A stretch of 59,695 nt of DNA from Candidatus Altarchaeum sp. (GTDB lineage Archaea > Altiarchaeota > Altiarchaeia > Altiarchaeales > Altiarchaeaceae), in contig JAGWDQ010000070.1 of assembly GCA_018260615.1 (NCBI GenBank), positions 1 through 59,695 of the forward strand. The letters run 5' to 3'. A model generated the notes under the pieces. The model saw only the letters and a program-made list of their open reading frames with translations, was not told the DNA's origin and searched no databases. Below, piece after piece: positions 17,731 to 26,216 of the stretch (the stretch's first letter is position 1; each line of letters begins with the position of its first letter). A program made the position numbers and the translations under genes.

Positions 17731-17883
17731 TTACTTAGCCTTAACGAAACAAAATACCTTTGTTCCGCACTTCGGACAAGTTCCGCTCATTGCCTTCCTG
17801 CCGTTCTTCATTGTTACTTCCTTTGCTCCCTTCATATCTACTTTCCCCTTGCACTTTACGCAATACCCTGTTGCTGCTGCCAT
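17731..17883 (-). CDS. Small zinc-ribbon protein (DUF5679-like), tandem paralog 1 (50 aa)
   Basis: Hand translation gives MAAATGYCVKCKGKVDMKGAKEVTMKNGRKAMSGTCPKCGTKVFCFVKAK, with CxxC...CxxC. It is below the ORF-track cutoff. Confidence 0.65.
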   Translation of the reverse strand: MAAATGYCVKCKGKVDMKGAKEVTMKNGRKAMSGTCPKCGTKVFCFVKAK

Positions 17884-17921
17884 TTTTACCTCCTTTTTAA
17901 ATTTTTTAATTTTATTTATTC

Positions 17922-18077
17922 TTATCCCTTAACAAAACAGAATACCTTTGTTCCGCACTTCGGACAAGTTCCGCTCATTGCCTTTCTGCCGTTCTTCATT
18001 GTTACTTCCTTTGCTCCTTTTATATCTACCTTTTCCTTACACTTTACGCAATACCCCGTTGCTTTTGCTGCTGCCAT
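17922..18077 (-). CDS. Small zinc-ribbon protein, tandem paralog 2 (51 aa)
   Basis: Hand translation gives MAAAKATGYCVKCKEKVDIKGAKEVTMKNGRKAMSGTCPKCGTKVFCFVKG. Confidence 0.65.
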   Translation of the reverse strand: MAAAKATGYCVKCKEKVDIKGAKEVTMKNGRKAMSGTCPKCGTKVFCFVKG

Positions 18078-18115
18078 TTTCTTGTTTTTTAAATTTTTTT
18101 AAATTTTGTTTATTA

Positions 18116-18271
18116 TTATCCCTTAACGAAACAGAATACCTTTGTTCCGCACTTCGGACAAGTTCCGCTCATTGCCTTCCTGCCGTTCTTCATTGTTACT
18201 TCCTTTGCTCCCTTCATATCTACCTTTCCCTTGCACTTTACGCAATACCCCGTTGCTTTTGCTGCTGCCAT
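18116..18271 (-). CDS. Small zinc-ribbon protein, tandem paralog 3 (51 aa)
   Basis: Same frame and architecture as paralogs 1 and 2. Differences from paralog 2 are mostly synonymous or conservative. Confidence 0.65.
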   Translation of the reverse strand: MAAAKATGYCVKCKGKVDMKGAKEVTMKNGRKAMSGTCPKCGTKVFCFVKG

Positions 18272-18408
18272 TTTACCTTTTATATTTTTTTAAATTTTAT
18301 ATATTATTTACTATAATAATTACATTCTATATTATTAAATATAAATTACATATAAATAAAGATGAATAAATTTAACGATAAATTTAATGTGAAAAATTAT
18401 ACCACTTT

Positions 18409-19724
18409 AGTGATTTCGCTTTGTTGTTTTTTATTAATTCGTTTTAAAATTAATTATTTATATGAAAATGTTAAGTGAAGTGTTAACCGGAGTGAACAGA
18501 ACAGAACAGATATGGCTCAACGCCAATAAGGAATTAAGTAAACTATGTCATATCGCTAAAAACCTATACAATGAAGCAATTTACATCATCAGACAGGAGT
18601 TCATTAAAACCGGGAAGTGGATAACATATAGTCAATTGTATTATTTGTTAAAGAATAGTGAGAATTTTAAACAATTACCTGCTGCGACAGCACAACAAAT
18701 TTTGATATTGGTTGAGAAAAACTGGAAAACGTTCTTTAAGGCAATGAAAGAATACAGAAAACATCCTGAAAAGTTTAAAAGCAAACCGGCACTACCCGGA
18801 TACAAACCTAAAAACGGTGAATTTATATTGTTGTTTACAAATCAGCAGATTAAAATTAAATCAAATAAAGTTGAATTTCCTAAAAAAATAGATATTGAAG
18901 TTAAAACACGGTTGCCTGATGAGACATTTCTTGGAACTTCATCTATTATTCCGAAGGGTGTTGGTTTTATTCTCAATATTGTTTATAAGAAGACAATTAA
19001 ACCAATAATAGAAACAACCAAAAACATTTTGGGAATTGATATAGGACTTAACAATCTCGTAACTACTGCAGATAATATTGGCAAAATGCCAATTATTATC
19101 AAGGGCGGGATTGTTAAGTCGATCAATCATTTCTATAACAAAAGAAGGGCAGAGATACAATCAAACTATGATTTGAACGGAATTAAAAAAAGAACAAAAC
19201 AACTGAACAGATTGTTAGTGAAACGGGACTTTAAAATAAAGGACTTTTTTCATAAAACAAGCAGAAAAATTATTGCTGTTTGCAAGATGAATAGCATAGA
19301 TACAATAGTAATCGGACACAACAATGACTGGAAGCAAAAAATTGATATCGGCAAGAAGAACAACCAAAACTTTGTATCTGTTCCTTTCAATAAACTGATA
19401 GAAATGCTCAAGTATAAAGCAGAGGAGGAAGGAATCAAAACAATAATTGTTAATGAAGCACATACATCTAAATGTAGTTTTTTAGATGATGAAACGATAA
19501 AGCATCATGATAGGTATTTAGGAAAGAGAATTTGCAGAGGACTATTTAAAACATTCTCCGGCAAAATCATAAATGCTGATGTAAATGGTGCTTACAACAT
19601 AATAAAGAAAGCATTTCCAAATGCGTTCGCAAATGGAATACAGGGTGCAGGGTGTCATCCGGTTAGATTAGAGGTGTATTGAAAATTTAACAAATTCGCA
19701 TTCTGAAAAGAAAGCGAAATCACT
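18409..19724 (+). mobile_element. TnpB-only IS (IS200/IS605-IS1341 group) bounded by a 14-bp perfect inverted repeat
   Basis: AGTGATTTCGCTTT at 18409-18422 and its reverse complement AAAGCGAAATCACT at 19711-19724 bracket the tnpB ORF. No tnpA is present. Confidence 0.6.
18462..19682 (+). CDS. tnpB: TnpB (IS605 OrfB-family RNA-guided nuclease-like protein)
   Basis: Contains ILGIDIGLNNL (RuvC-I D), IGHNNDWKQKIDIGKKNNQNF, EAHTSKCSFLD and INADVNGAYNI (RuvC-III D). Confidence 0.85.
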   Translation: MKMLSEVLTGVNRTEQIWLNANKELSKLCHIAKNLYNEAIYIIRQEFIKTGKWITYSQLYYLLKNSENFKQLPAATAQQILILVEKNWKTFFKAMKEYRKHPEKFKSKPALPGYKPKNGEFILLFTNQQIKIKSNKVEFPKKIDIEVKTRLPDETFLGTSSIIPKGVGFILNIVYKKTIKPIIETTKNILGIDIGLNNLVTTADNIGKMPIIIKGGIVKSINHFYNKRRAEIQSNYDLNGIKKRTKQLNRLLVKRDFKIKDFFHKTSRKIIAVCKMNSIDTIVIGHNNDWKQKIDIGKKNNQNFVSVPFNKLIEMLKYKAEEEGIKTIIVNEAHTSKCSFLDDETIKHHDRYLGKRICRGLFKTFSGKIINADVNGAYNIIKKAFPNAFANGIQGAGCHPVRLEVY

Positions 19725-19730
19725 TACAAC

Positions 19731-20114
19731 TTATGCAACAATTAATTTAACATAGTTAATATTTTTGCTCGTTTGAAACAGATTGAGCAATTTTTTTATT
19801 CTTTCCGCTTCTCCCTTAATGATGAAAATTTCAAGACATTTTTTCTCTTTTAAATTGTTATGAATGTGAGTTGTAATTACATCGTCAAATTTATGTTTTA
19901 TTTCTGTAACAGCATCTTCCACATTTTGATTATGCACAACCAAAAGGACAGCGTCTATGTCTCCGGAAAGATCTTCTTTTTGTTTATAATCCTCGTTAAG
20001 CATCCTTATTGCTGTTCTTATTATTTCCGACCTTCCGGAAAATCCGAATTTTTTTTGTGTATCATCAATCTCTTTTAAAATTTGAGCGTTTAAAGATATG
20101 CTTACTATTGGCAT
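19731..20114 (-). CDS. nikR: NikR-like ribbon-helix-helix metal-responsive regulator
   Basis: The N-terminus is RHH (VSISLNAQILKEIDDTQKKFGFSGRSEIIRTAIRML). The C-terminus is His-containing and ACT-like (VVHNQ...THIH). Confidence 0.65.
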   Translation of the reverse strand: MPIVSISLNAQILKEIDDTQKKFGFSGRSEIIRTAIRMLNEDYKQKEDLSGDIDAVLLVVHNQNVEDAVTEIKHKFDDVITTHIHNNLKEKKCLEIFIIKGEAERIKKLLNLFQTSKNINYVKLIVA

Positions 20115-20382
20115 TTTATTTATATTTTATTTATTTGCAGTAATAGAATTTTTAAGGTAATAAAATTAAATCAAAACAAAATTAAATTTTCATGGAAAAA
20201 TTTCTAATAAAATTTCTAATAATGCAAAATTTTTGTTACGGATGAAATTTATTAAATATTTTTTAATGTTTAAATAATTATTATTAATATTGTTTCAAAA
20301 TCTTAATAATTTAAGTAAAATTTAATTAATAATTCAAAGATGACCTCACTTCGTTCGGACATTTTAAAAACAAGTTTTTAAA

Positions 20383-21321
20383 ATGGACCAAAAAACAAAA
20401 TTTGTATGGGCAATTGGCTTGGTGATTTTAATAGCAGTCCTTGTTTTAATCAGCGGATGCGTTGAAGAAAAACCAAAACAAAATTTAACACAGGAAAAAA
20501 TAATTGTAGCGGTAACTATTTCTCCGCAGGCGGAATTTGTTGAAAAAGTCGGAGGAGATAAAGTAAAAATTATTGTTATGGTTCCGCCTGGGGCATCTCC
20601 CCATACTTACGAGCCGACACCAAACCAAATGGTTGATTTGAACAATGCAAAAATGTATGCCAAAGTCGGAAGCGGTGTTGAATTTGAACTCGGATGGATG
20701 GATAAAATTACAGACCTTAATAAAAATATGCATGTTGTTGACTGTTCAAAAGGGATTGAATTAAGAAAAATGACCGAAGAGGAAGAAAAAGCAGAAGAGG
20801 ATGGACATGAGTCCGGAGAAGAACATGAGCATGAAGAAGGAGGAAATGACCCGCATATATGGCTTTCACCAAAAAATGCAAAGATGATTGTTGAGAATAT
20901 TTATAATGGCCTGATTGAGATTGATCCGGACAATAAGGACTATTATAAAACAAATAAGGATTCATATATTGCCGAGTTAGATAAAGCAGATGGAGAAATT
21001 TCAAAAAAATTATTAAATTTAAAGAACAGGAAAATTTTGGTCTTTCATCCCTCGTGGGGATATTTTTGCAGGGATTATAATTTAACTCAAATTGCAATTG
21101 AAAAGAGCGGAAAAGAACCGACACTGCAGGGAATTGAAAATTTAATAAAACAGGCAAAAGAAAATAATATAACAATAATTTTTACATCACCTCAATTTAG
21201 CACAAAAAGTGCAGAAGTTATAGCAAATGAAATAAATGGAAAAGTTGTGCTTATAGATCCGCTGGAGAGAAATTATACTGAAAATTTATATAAGGTTGCA
21301 GACGCATTTTCAAAGGTCTGA
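20383..21321 (+). CDS. Metal (Zn/Mn) ABC-transporter substrate-binding lipoprotein, ZnuA/TroA family
   Basis: Has the lipobox LISGC, plus PHTYEPTP and DPHIWLSP. It carries an acidic/His-rich loop, EEDGHESGEEHEHEEGGND. No permease or ATPase gene is adjacent. Confidence 0.75.
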   Translation: MDQKTKFVWAIGLVILIAVLVLISGCVEEKPKQNLTQEKIIVAVTISPQAEFVEKVGGDKVKIIVMVPPGASPHTYEPTPNQMVDLNNAKMYAKVGSGVEFELGWMDKITDLNKNMHVVDCSKGIELRKMTEEEEKAEEDGHESGEEHEHEEGGNDPHIWLSPKNAKMIVENIYNGLIEIDPDNKDYYKTNKDSYIAELDKADGEISKKLLNLKNRKILVFHPSWGYFCRDYNLTQIAIEKSGKEPTLQGIENLIKQAKENNITIIFTSPQFSTKSAEVIANEINGKVVLIDPLERNYTENLYKVADAFSKV

Positions 21322-21357
21322 TGAGATAAAATAAATAAAGGGCATCTAAATTTTAAA

Positions 21358-21575
21358 TTTTTTTATCGTACAGGAAAGTTCGTTTTATTGTTCTCTCACA
21401 CCAAGACACGGAGACACAAAGGGCAATGTTGCTCTGTGAGTTTGTGGCTTTTAAAAATTTCACAAATTTTTAAAGATTGAAAATCTTACAGATTTTCAGT
21501 ATTTTCAAAACCCAAAGGTTTTGAAAATCTCCGAGCAACAGCGAGGTGAACAGCGAGGTTATTGTGTGAGTATTC
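21358..21575 (-). mobile_element. MITE family A copy 2 (reverse orientation) with nested hairpin modules
   Basis: TTTTATCGTACAGGAAAGTTCGTTTTATT...CACGGAGACACAAAGGG...CTCTGTGAGTTTGTGGC is the reverse complement of the family consensus. The distal end GTGTGAGTAT lies at 21564-21573. Confidence 0.55.
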
Positions 21576-21587
21576 TTCTGATTTTTT

Positions 21588-22202
21588 TTAAATTTTATTT
21601 AAATCATCCAAAAACCTTTCCCGCCTATGCTCATTCTTTTCAAAATTTTTGTTCGCTATATCAACAATTGAAGACAAATATTGGGACAGATTCTCATTTT
21701 CTATTAACAACTTATTATTGGACACGAGAGGAACACTCATTCTTTCATTTCCGTTAATTTCAATTATGTATCGCTGCTCACTTAATGCCATTATCCCGGA
21801 ATGTTTCAGTCCGTGCTTTATTGCAATTTCCAATATGTTTTTCGCATGCTCCAAATCATACGCCACAATGTGCATTATTATCGGTTCCTGTTTAAACCAT
21901 AAAATACCTTTGCCTGCTTCTTTTCCATCGCAAAATTTTTCAACACTATCCAAGACCTCATCAATTTTAACCTTTCTGTGCCATCTCGCAGCAAAATATG
22001 AGTACTTTTTGCTTCCCAAATCATGGAGCAGTATAATTCTGCCTGCACAGGACGAACTCGTATAATAAAATTTTTTCTCGTTAAATTTCTTTAAAAATCC
22101 GACAATATCTTTGTCAACTTCATCCTTGCTCAATGCAAATTCAAATTTTTGCATTGCCCTGTGCTTTTGTGCGTTAAATTTATCGTCTTTCATTCCCACC
22201 AT
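21588..22202 (-). CDS. taw3: tRNA wyosine-derivative methyltransferase Taw3 (TYW3 family)
   Basis: Contains YYTSSSCAGRIILL (the SSC.GRI signature); 204 aa. Confidence 0.7.
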   Translation of the reverse strand: MVGMKDDKFNAQKHRAMQKFEFALSKDEVDKDIVGFLKKFNEKKFYYTSSSCAGRIILLHDLGSKKYSYFAARWHRKVKIDEVLDSVEKFCDGKEAGKGILWFKQEPIIMHIVAYDLEHAKNILEIAIKHGLKHSGIMALSEQRYIIEINGNERMSVPLVSNNKLLIENENLSQYLSSIVDIANKNFEKNEHRRERFLDDLNKI

Positions 22203-22600
22203 ATTTATTTATCGTATTTACTTTTTTCTTTTTTCGGAGAGTTTTTTCTTTTTCTAAAAGAAAAAAGTTCTCACAACTTTTACATTGCCCTGTGCTTTTG
22301 TGCGTTAAATTTATCATCCTTCATTCCCACTATATTTATTTATCGTATTTACTTTTTTCTTTTTTCGGAGAGTTTTTTCTTTTTCTAAAAGAAAAAAGTT
22401 CTCACAACTTTTACATTGCCCTGTGCTTTTGTGCGTTAAATTTATCATCCTTCATTCCCACTATATTTATTTATCGTATTTACTTTTTTCTTTTTTCGGA
22501 GAGTTTTTTCTTTTTCTAAAAGAAAAAAGTTCTCACAACTTTTACATTGCCCTGTGCTTTTGTGCGTTAAATTTATCGTCTTTCATCTCCGTGGTATTAT
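22152..22600. repeat. 131-bp tandem repeat (3.4 units) reiterating the taw3 5' end plus its upstream region
   Basis: Units start at 22152, 22283, 22414 and 22545. Each carries the first ~47 nt of taw3 coding sequence and a 17-bp imperfect hairpin (GAGAGTTTTTTCTTTTT/AAAAGAAAAAAGTTCTC). Confidence 0.9.
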
Positions 22601-22610
22601 TACTCACCCT

Positions 22611-23870
22611 TTATTTCTTTTGAATTTTCCATGCTCCTCTTAATGACTCTACTCCAACCAGCTTTTCTCCTGCAATGTATGAAACCGCTGCTCCGCCGCC
22701 GGTGCAAACATGTCCGATTTTTCTTTCGACATCCAGCTTACCTGCCGCTGCGATAGTATGCCCACCTCCGATAACGGTAAATGCGGATGAATTCCCTACT
22801 GCTTCTATTATTTCGTCTGTTCCTTTTTTAAATTTCTCATCCTCAATCTTTCCCATTGTTGCGTGAGCGAAAATCGTTCCTGACTTTGCGATGATTTCTT
22901 TATATTTTTCAATTGTTTTTGTTCCTATGTCAAGAATCGGATATTTTGCAGGAAGTTCGCTTACTGCTATCTCCTTTCTTTTGCTATCTTCCAACACAGC
23001 AACATCTTCCGGAAGGAAAATTTGAGCGTTAAATTTTTCAAGCAGTCCTTGTGCAACAGCAATAAATTTATCCCCTCCTTTACCTTTTATATAATTTATG
23101 CTTTCGTCGCCTAAATCATAACCCTTTGCCATCAAAAATATATTTGCAATTATTCCGCCTGTTAAAACATAATCAATAACACTTAATTTATTTTGAAGCA
23201 TCTTAAAGGTATCGTCAAGCTTTGCTCCTGCCAATATAAATGTTAATGGTCTTTTGGGGTTTTCTCTTACTGCTTTTAACGCTTCTAATTCTTTAATAAG
23301 CACTATTCCTCCGAGTGAAGGTAAAACATAAGTAAATCCGACAACAGACGGCTGCGAACGATGTGAAACGGAAAAGGCGTCGTTTATAAAATAGTCCGCA
23401 AGAGGATATAATTTTTTAACTAAATAAGTATTTGCCTGTGCATCTCTCGGCCTGTTTGTATTTTCTTCAGCATAAAATCTGACATTTTCAAGCAATATTA
23501 CATTTCCATTTTTTAAATTTTTTATTTTTTCTCTCGCATAATTTCCAAATATATCTTCAACATATTCTAGATATGTTTTTATATTATCTTTCTCCAAAAT
23601 TTCACTTAGTCGTTTTGCATGTTCTTCAAGAGTTACAAAATCCTCTGCCGATCGCTTATCATCGGCAGGTCTTCCCTGATGTGAAAGCAGAACGATTTTT
23701 GCTTTTCTTTTAATTAATTCCTTCACCGTTTCTGCGTGTGCTATTATCCTTCGGTCATCCTCTATCTTCCCGTCTTTTATCGGACAATTTAAATCAACCC
23801 TGACAATTACTGTCTTTCCTTTAAGTTCATCCGGAGCCAAATCAGACAGCGTTTTTATATCCTCAAACAT
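22611..23870 (-). CDS. pgk: Phosphoglycerate kinase
   Basis: 419 aa. Contains VRVDLNCP, LLSHQGRP, LENVRF, and GGGAAVSY near the C-terminus. Confidence 0.92.
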   Translation of the reverse strand: MFEDIKTLSDLAPDELKGKTVIVRVDLNCPIKDGKIEDDRRIIAHAETVKELIKRKAKIVLLSHQGRPADDKRSAEDFVTLEEHAKRLSEILEKDNIKTYLEYVEDIFGNYAREKIKNLKNGNVILLENVRFYAEENTNRPRDAQANTYLVKKLYPLADYFINDAFSVSHRSQPSVVGFTYVLPSLGGIVLIKELEALKAVRENPKRPLTFILAGAKLDDTFKMLQNKLSVIDYVLTGGIIANIFLMAKGYDLGDESINYIKGKGGDKFIAVAQGLLEKFNAQIFLPEDVAVLEDSKRKEIAVSELPAKYPILDIGTKTIEKYKEIIAKSGTIFAHATMGKIEDEKFKKGTDEIIEAVGNSSAFTVIGGGHTIAAAGKLDVERKIGHVCTGGGAAVSYIAGEKLVGVESLRGAWKIQKK

Positions 23871-23961
23871 TTTGAATTTTAAATTTAATTCTTTTATAAA
23901 TTTTTAAATTTAATTAGAAATATTAAGATAATTAAGATTACAAAAAATAAAGCAAAACAAA

Positions 23962-24453
23962 ATGGACACACTAACTATAAAGGCAATAAAAATTGAAAAA
24001 CCATCGGACGCAAATATAATTTTGGGACATGCCCACTTTATTAAAACGGCTGAGGATTTATATGAGGCAATGCTCAATATCAATTCAAATGCAAAATTTG
24101 GAATCGCATTTACAGAGGCATCAGGGGACTGCTTAATTCGTATTGAAGGAAATGACGAAGAACTTAAAAGCATAGCAGGTAAGAATGCATTAAATTTAGC
24201 CAGCGGGCATAGTTTTATAATAATAATTAAAGGAGCATATCCTGTAAATTTTTTAAATGCAATAAAGAATGTTCCAGAAGTGTGTAGTATTTATTGTGCA
24301 ACTGCAAATGATGTTGAAGTAATTGTTGCCGAAACAGAACAGGGGAGAGGAATTTTGGGAGTAATTGACGGATTAAAAAGTAAGGGGATTGAAACAAAAG
24401 AGGATATTGAAAAGAGAAGGAAATTTTTAAGGAATATCGGATATAAATTTTAA
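23962..24453 (+). CDS. Adenosine-specific-kinase-family protein (archaeal conserved)
   Basis: Contains ILGHAHFIKTAEDLYEAM..FGIAFTEASG; 163 aa. Called from recollection of the family pattern. Confidence 0.4.
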   Translation: MDTLTIKAIKIEKPSDANIILGHAHFIKTAEDLYEAMLNINSNAKFGIAFTEASGDCLIRIEGNDEELKSIAGKNALNLASGHSFIIIIKGAYPVNFLNAIKNVPEVCSIYCATANDVEVIVAETEQGRGILGVIDGLKSKGIETKEDIEKRRKFLRNIGYKF

Positions 24454-24458
24454 TAAAA

Positions 24459-24842
24459 ATGAAAAATGATGACACTATTCAATTAGCATTAGAAAATTTC
24501 GAAAATAGGATTCAAAGAAATAAAAAGAGTGTGATTAAAAGTGCAGGTGTAAAAAAATTTGAAGAGACGAGAAAGGAAAAAAATCAAAGAAGTGTTGATA
24601 TCCCCGGTGAATTAAAGCATATTTCAGTTGAAGGAGAAAAATTTTATTTTAGTTTATCCTTTGATATAGGAGATTATGATGGTGGTTTATGGTGGATTCA
24701 GATATATGATAATAATCGCAATCTTATTTTTGATAAACCATTTGCTTCAAGCAATTATGAAATCAATGAGAGATTAACTAGAAAAGAATGTAGGAAAATT
24801 ATAACTTACGAAATTTTATATCCTAAAGGATTAATAATGTGA
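24459..24842 (+). CDS. Hypothetical protein
   Basis: 127-aa ORF, 5 nt after the previous stop, no motif recognised. Confidence 0.4.
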   Translation: MKNDDTIQLALENFENRIQRNKKSVIKSAGVKKFEETRKEKNQRSVDIPGELKHISVEGEKFYFSLSFDIGDYDGGLWWIQIYDNNRNLIFDKPFASSNYEINERLTRKECRKIITYEILYPKGLIM

Positions 24843-25165
24843 GGGCACATGTTTTTGTAACCGACAACCACACATGGCTAATATTAACGATAAAACAAAA
24901 CAAAAAGCACGAAATAGTGATTTTAGCATTTTAGCGAAAGATGTATTTTATTTATTAAGTATAAAGTTAAAAATAAGGATATTAAGTTTGAGAGAATAAA
25001 TTACTAATCCAAGTAAAAACTTTTTTGTGTGTTATGGATTTCATCTTGATTTTATAGAAAAATTGTTGTTTGTTCTTTATTAAATCATAATCACAAATAG
25101 GAATTTACATTTGAAATATCGCTACTTGTTTATCCTACTACCAAAATAACCTTAATTTAACTAAA

Positions 25166-25897
25166 ATGAACGACGAAAAAGAGTTAACATATTCGGAAGC
25201 AATTGAGCAAGTAATGTTGTATAATGGATATTTTGCACCATTGAAACTTATATATAAGGAAATATGGAAGTATAAAGACAAATCAAAAATAAGTGGCAAG
25301 ACACCGGATATGACAATTCAGGAGCGTGTCCAGCGAGATGAGAGATTTACAAGAATTGGATTAGGAGTTTATGCACTAAAAGAATATCTTGATAAATTGC
25401 CCAAAATTATTTCCCCAAAAACTGAAACTGAAAAGAAAGAACGCTTACACGCTACAATACAAGGAATGTTAATTGAAATTGGAAATAACAAAAAAGAAGT
25501 TGAAGACACTTATACCAATGATAAAAAATGGCTTTTTGAAAATAAAACACTTGGAAGTTTAGCAACTCTTTCCGAAATTCCAAATTTCACTTATGAGAAC
25601 ATAATTAAAGAAACTGTAAGATTTGCCGATGTTATTTGGTTTAACAAAAGAGGATTTCCTTATAAAATTTTTGAAGTTGAAGAGTCAACTGATTTTAGGG
25701 ATGCTTTTGTAAAGTTCATAGAGCTACAAGATTTTCAGACACAATTTTATTGTATTTCCACAGAGGATAGGAAGGAAAAATTTAGAAAAGAATTACGAAA
25801 GTCCGCTTTTGAGGCATTACACAATAGATGTGAATTTAAAACTTATGAGAATGTTCAAAACGATTATGAAAATATTTTAAGAAAAAATTACTTATGA
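25166..25897 (+). CDS. Winged-helix plus PD-(D/E)xK nuclease-like protein
   Basis: The N-terminus reads YSEAIEQVML..APLKLIYKEI..ERFTRIGLGVYAL (HARE/Mrr_N-like wH). The C-terminus reads HATIQGMLIEIG...ADVIWF...IFEVEEST (D...E.E.. nuclease-like core). Confidence 0.4.
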   Translation: MNDEKELTYSEAIEQVMLYNGYFAPLKLIYKEIWKYKDKSKISGKTPDMTIQERVQRDERFTRIGLGVYALKEYLDKLPKIISPKTETEKKERLHATIQGMLIEIGNNKKEVEDTYTNDKKWLFENKTLGSLATLSEIPNFTYENIIKETVRFADVIWFNKRGFPYKIFEVEESTDFRDAFVKFIELQDFQTQFYCISTEDRKEKFRKELRKSAFEALHNRCEFKTYENVQNDYENILRKNYL

Positions 25898-26169
25898 TGA
25901 TTATTGATGGTTATGAAATAACGGCATTTACAAATTTGCGTGAAGAAATTTGCTTAAAAGTTTTGAGTATTATTGAAAGAGAATTTGGAGAAATTGGAGA
26001 TTTTTGTATTGAAGACAATGAGGTTTCATTTTCCTGCTATAGAGGATATTATGAAGGTGCACCCAAAGTAATGGCAACAAAGGAAATAAAATTAAAACTA
26101 ATTGATAAATTTGATGACCCAGTCTTTTCAGTTGCTTACAAAATAATTTTATTGAATAATAATAGATAA
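25894..26169 (+). CDS. Hypothetical small protein, translationally coupled to 25166..25897
   Basis: ATGA overlap with the preceding gene; 91 aa. Confidence 0.4.
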   Translation: MMIIDGYEITAFTNLREEICLKVLSIIEREFGEIGDFCIEDNEVSFSCYRGYYEGAPKVMATKEIKLKLIDKFDDPVFSVAYKIILLNNNR

Positions 26170-26216
26170 AACGATAGTTTAAATTTCAAGAAAGTAAATT
26201 ATTAATTTACCCAAAA

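Noticed and set aside
17726-18369. Plus-strand ORFs 17726..17932, 17948..18316 and 18142..18369 in the track
   Set aside because: Their translations are low-complexity L/F/P-rich. They are antisense to three well-formed tandem zinc-ribbon genes, and their mutual similarity simply reflects the tandem repeat.
22152-22600. Possible CRISPR array suggested by regularly spaced repeats
   Set aside because: The whole 131-bp unit repeats with no unique spacers. The units copy the taw3 5' end. No cas genes are present.
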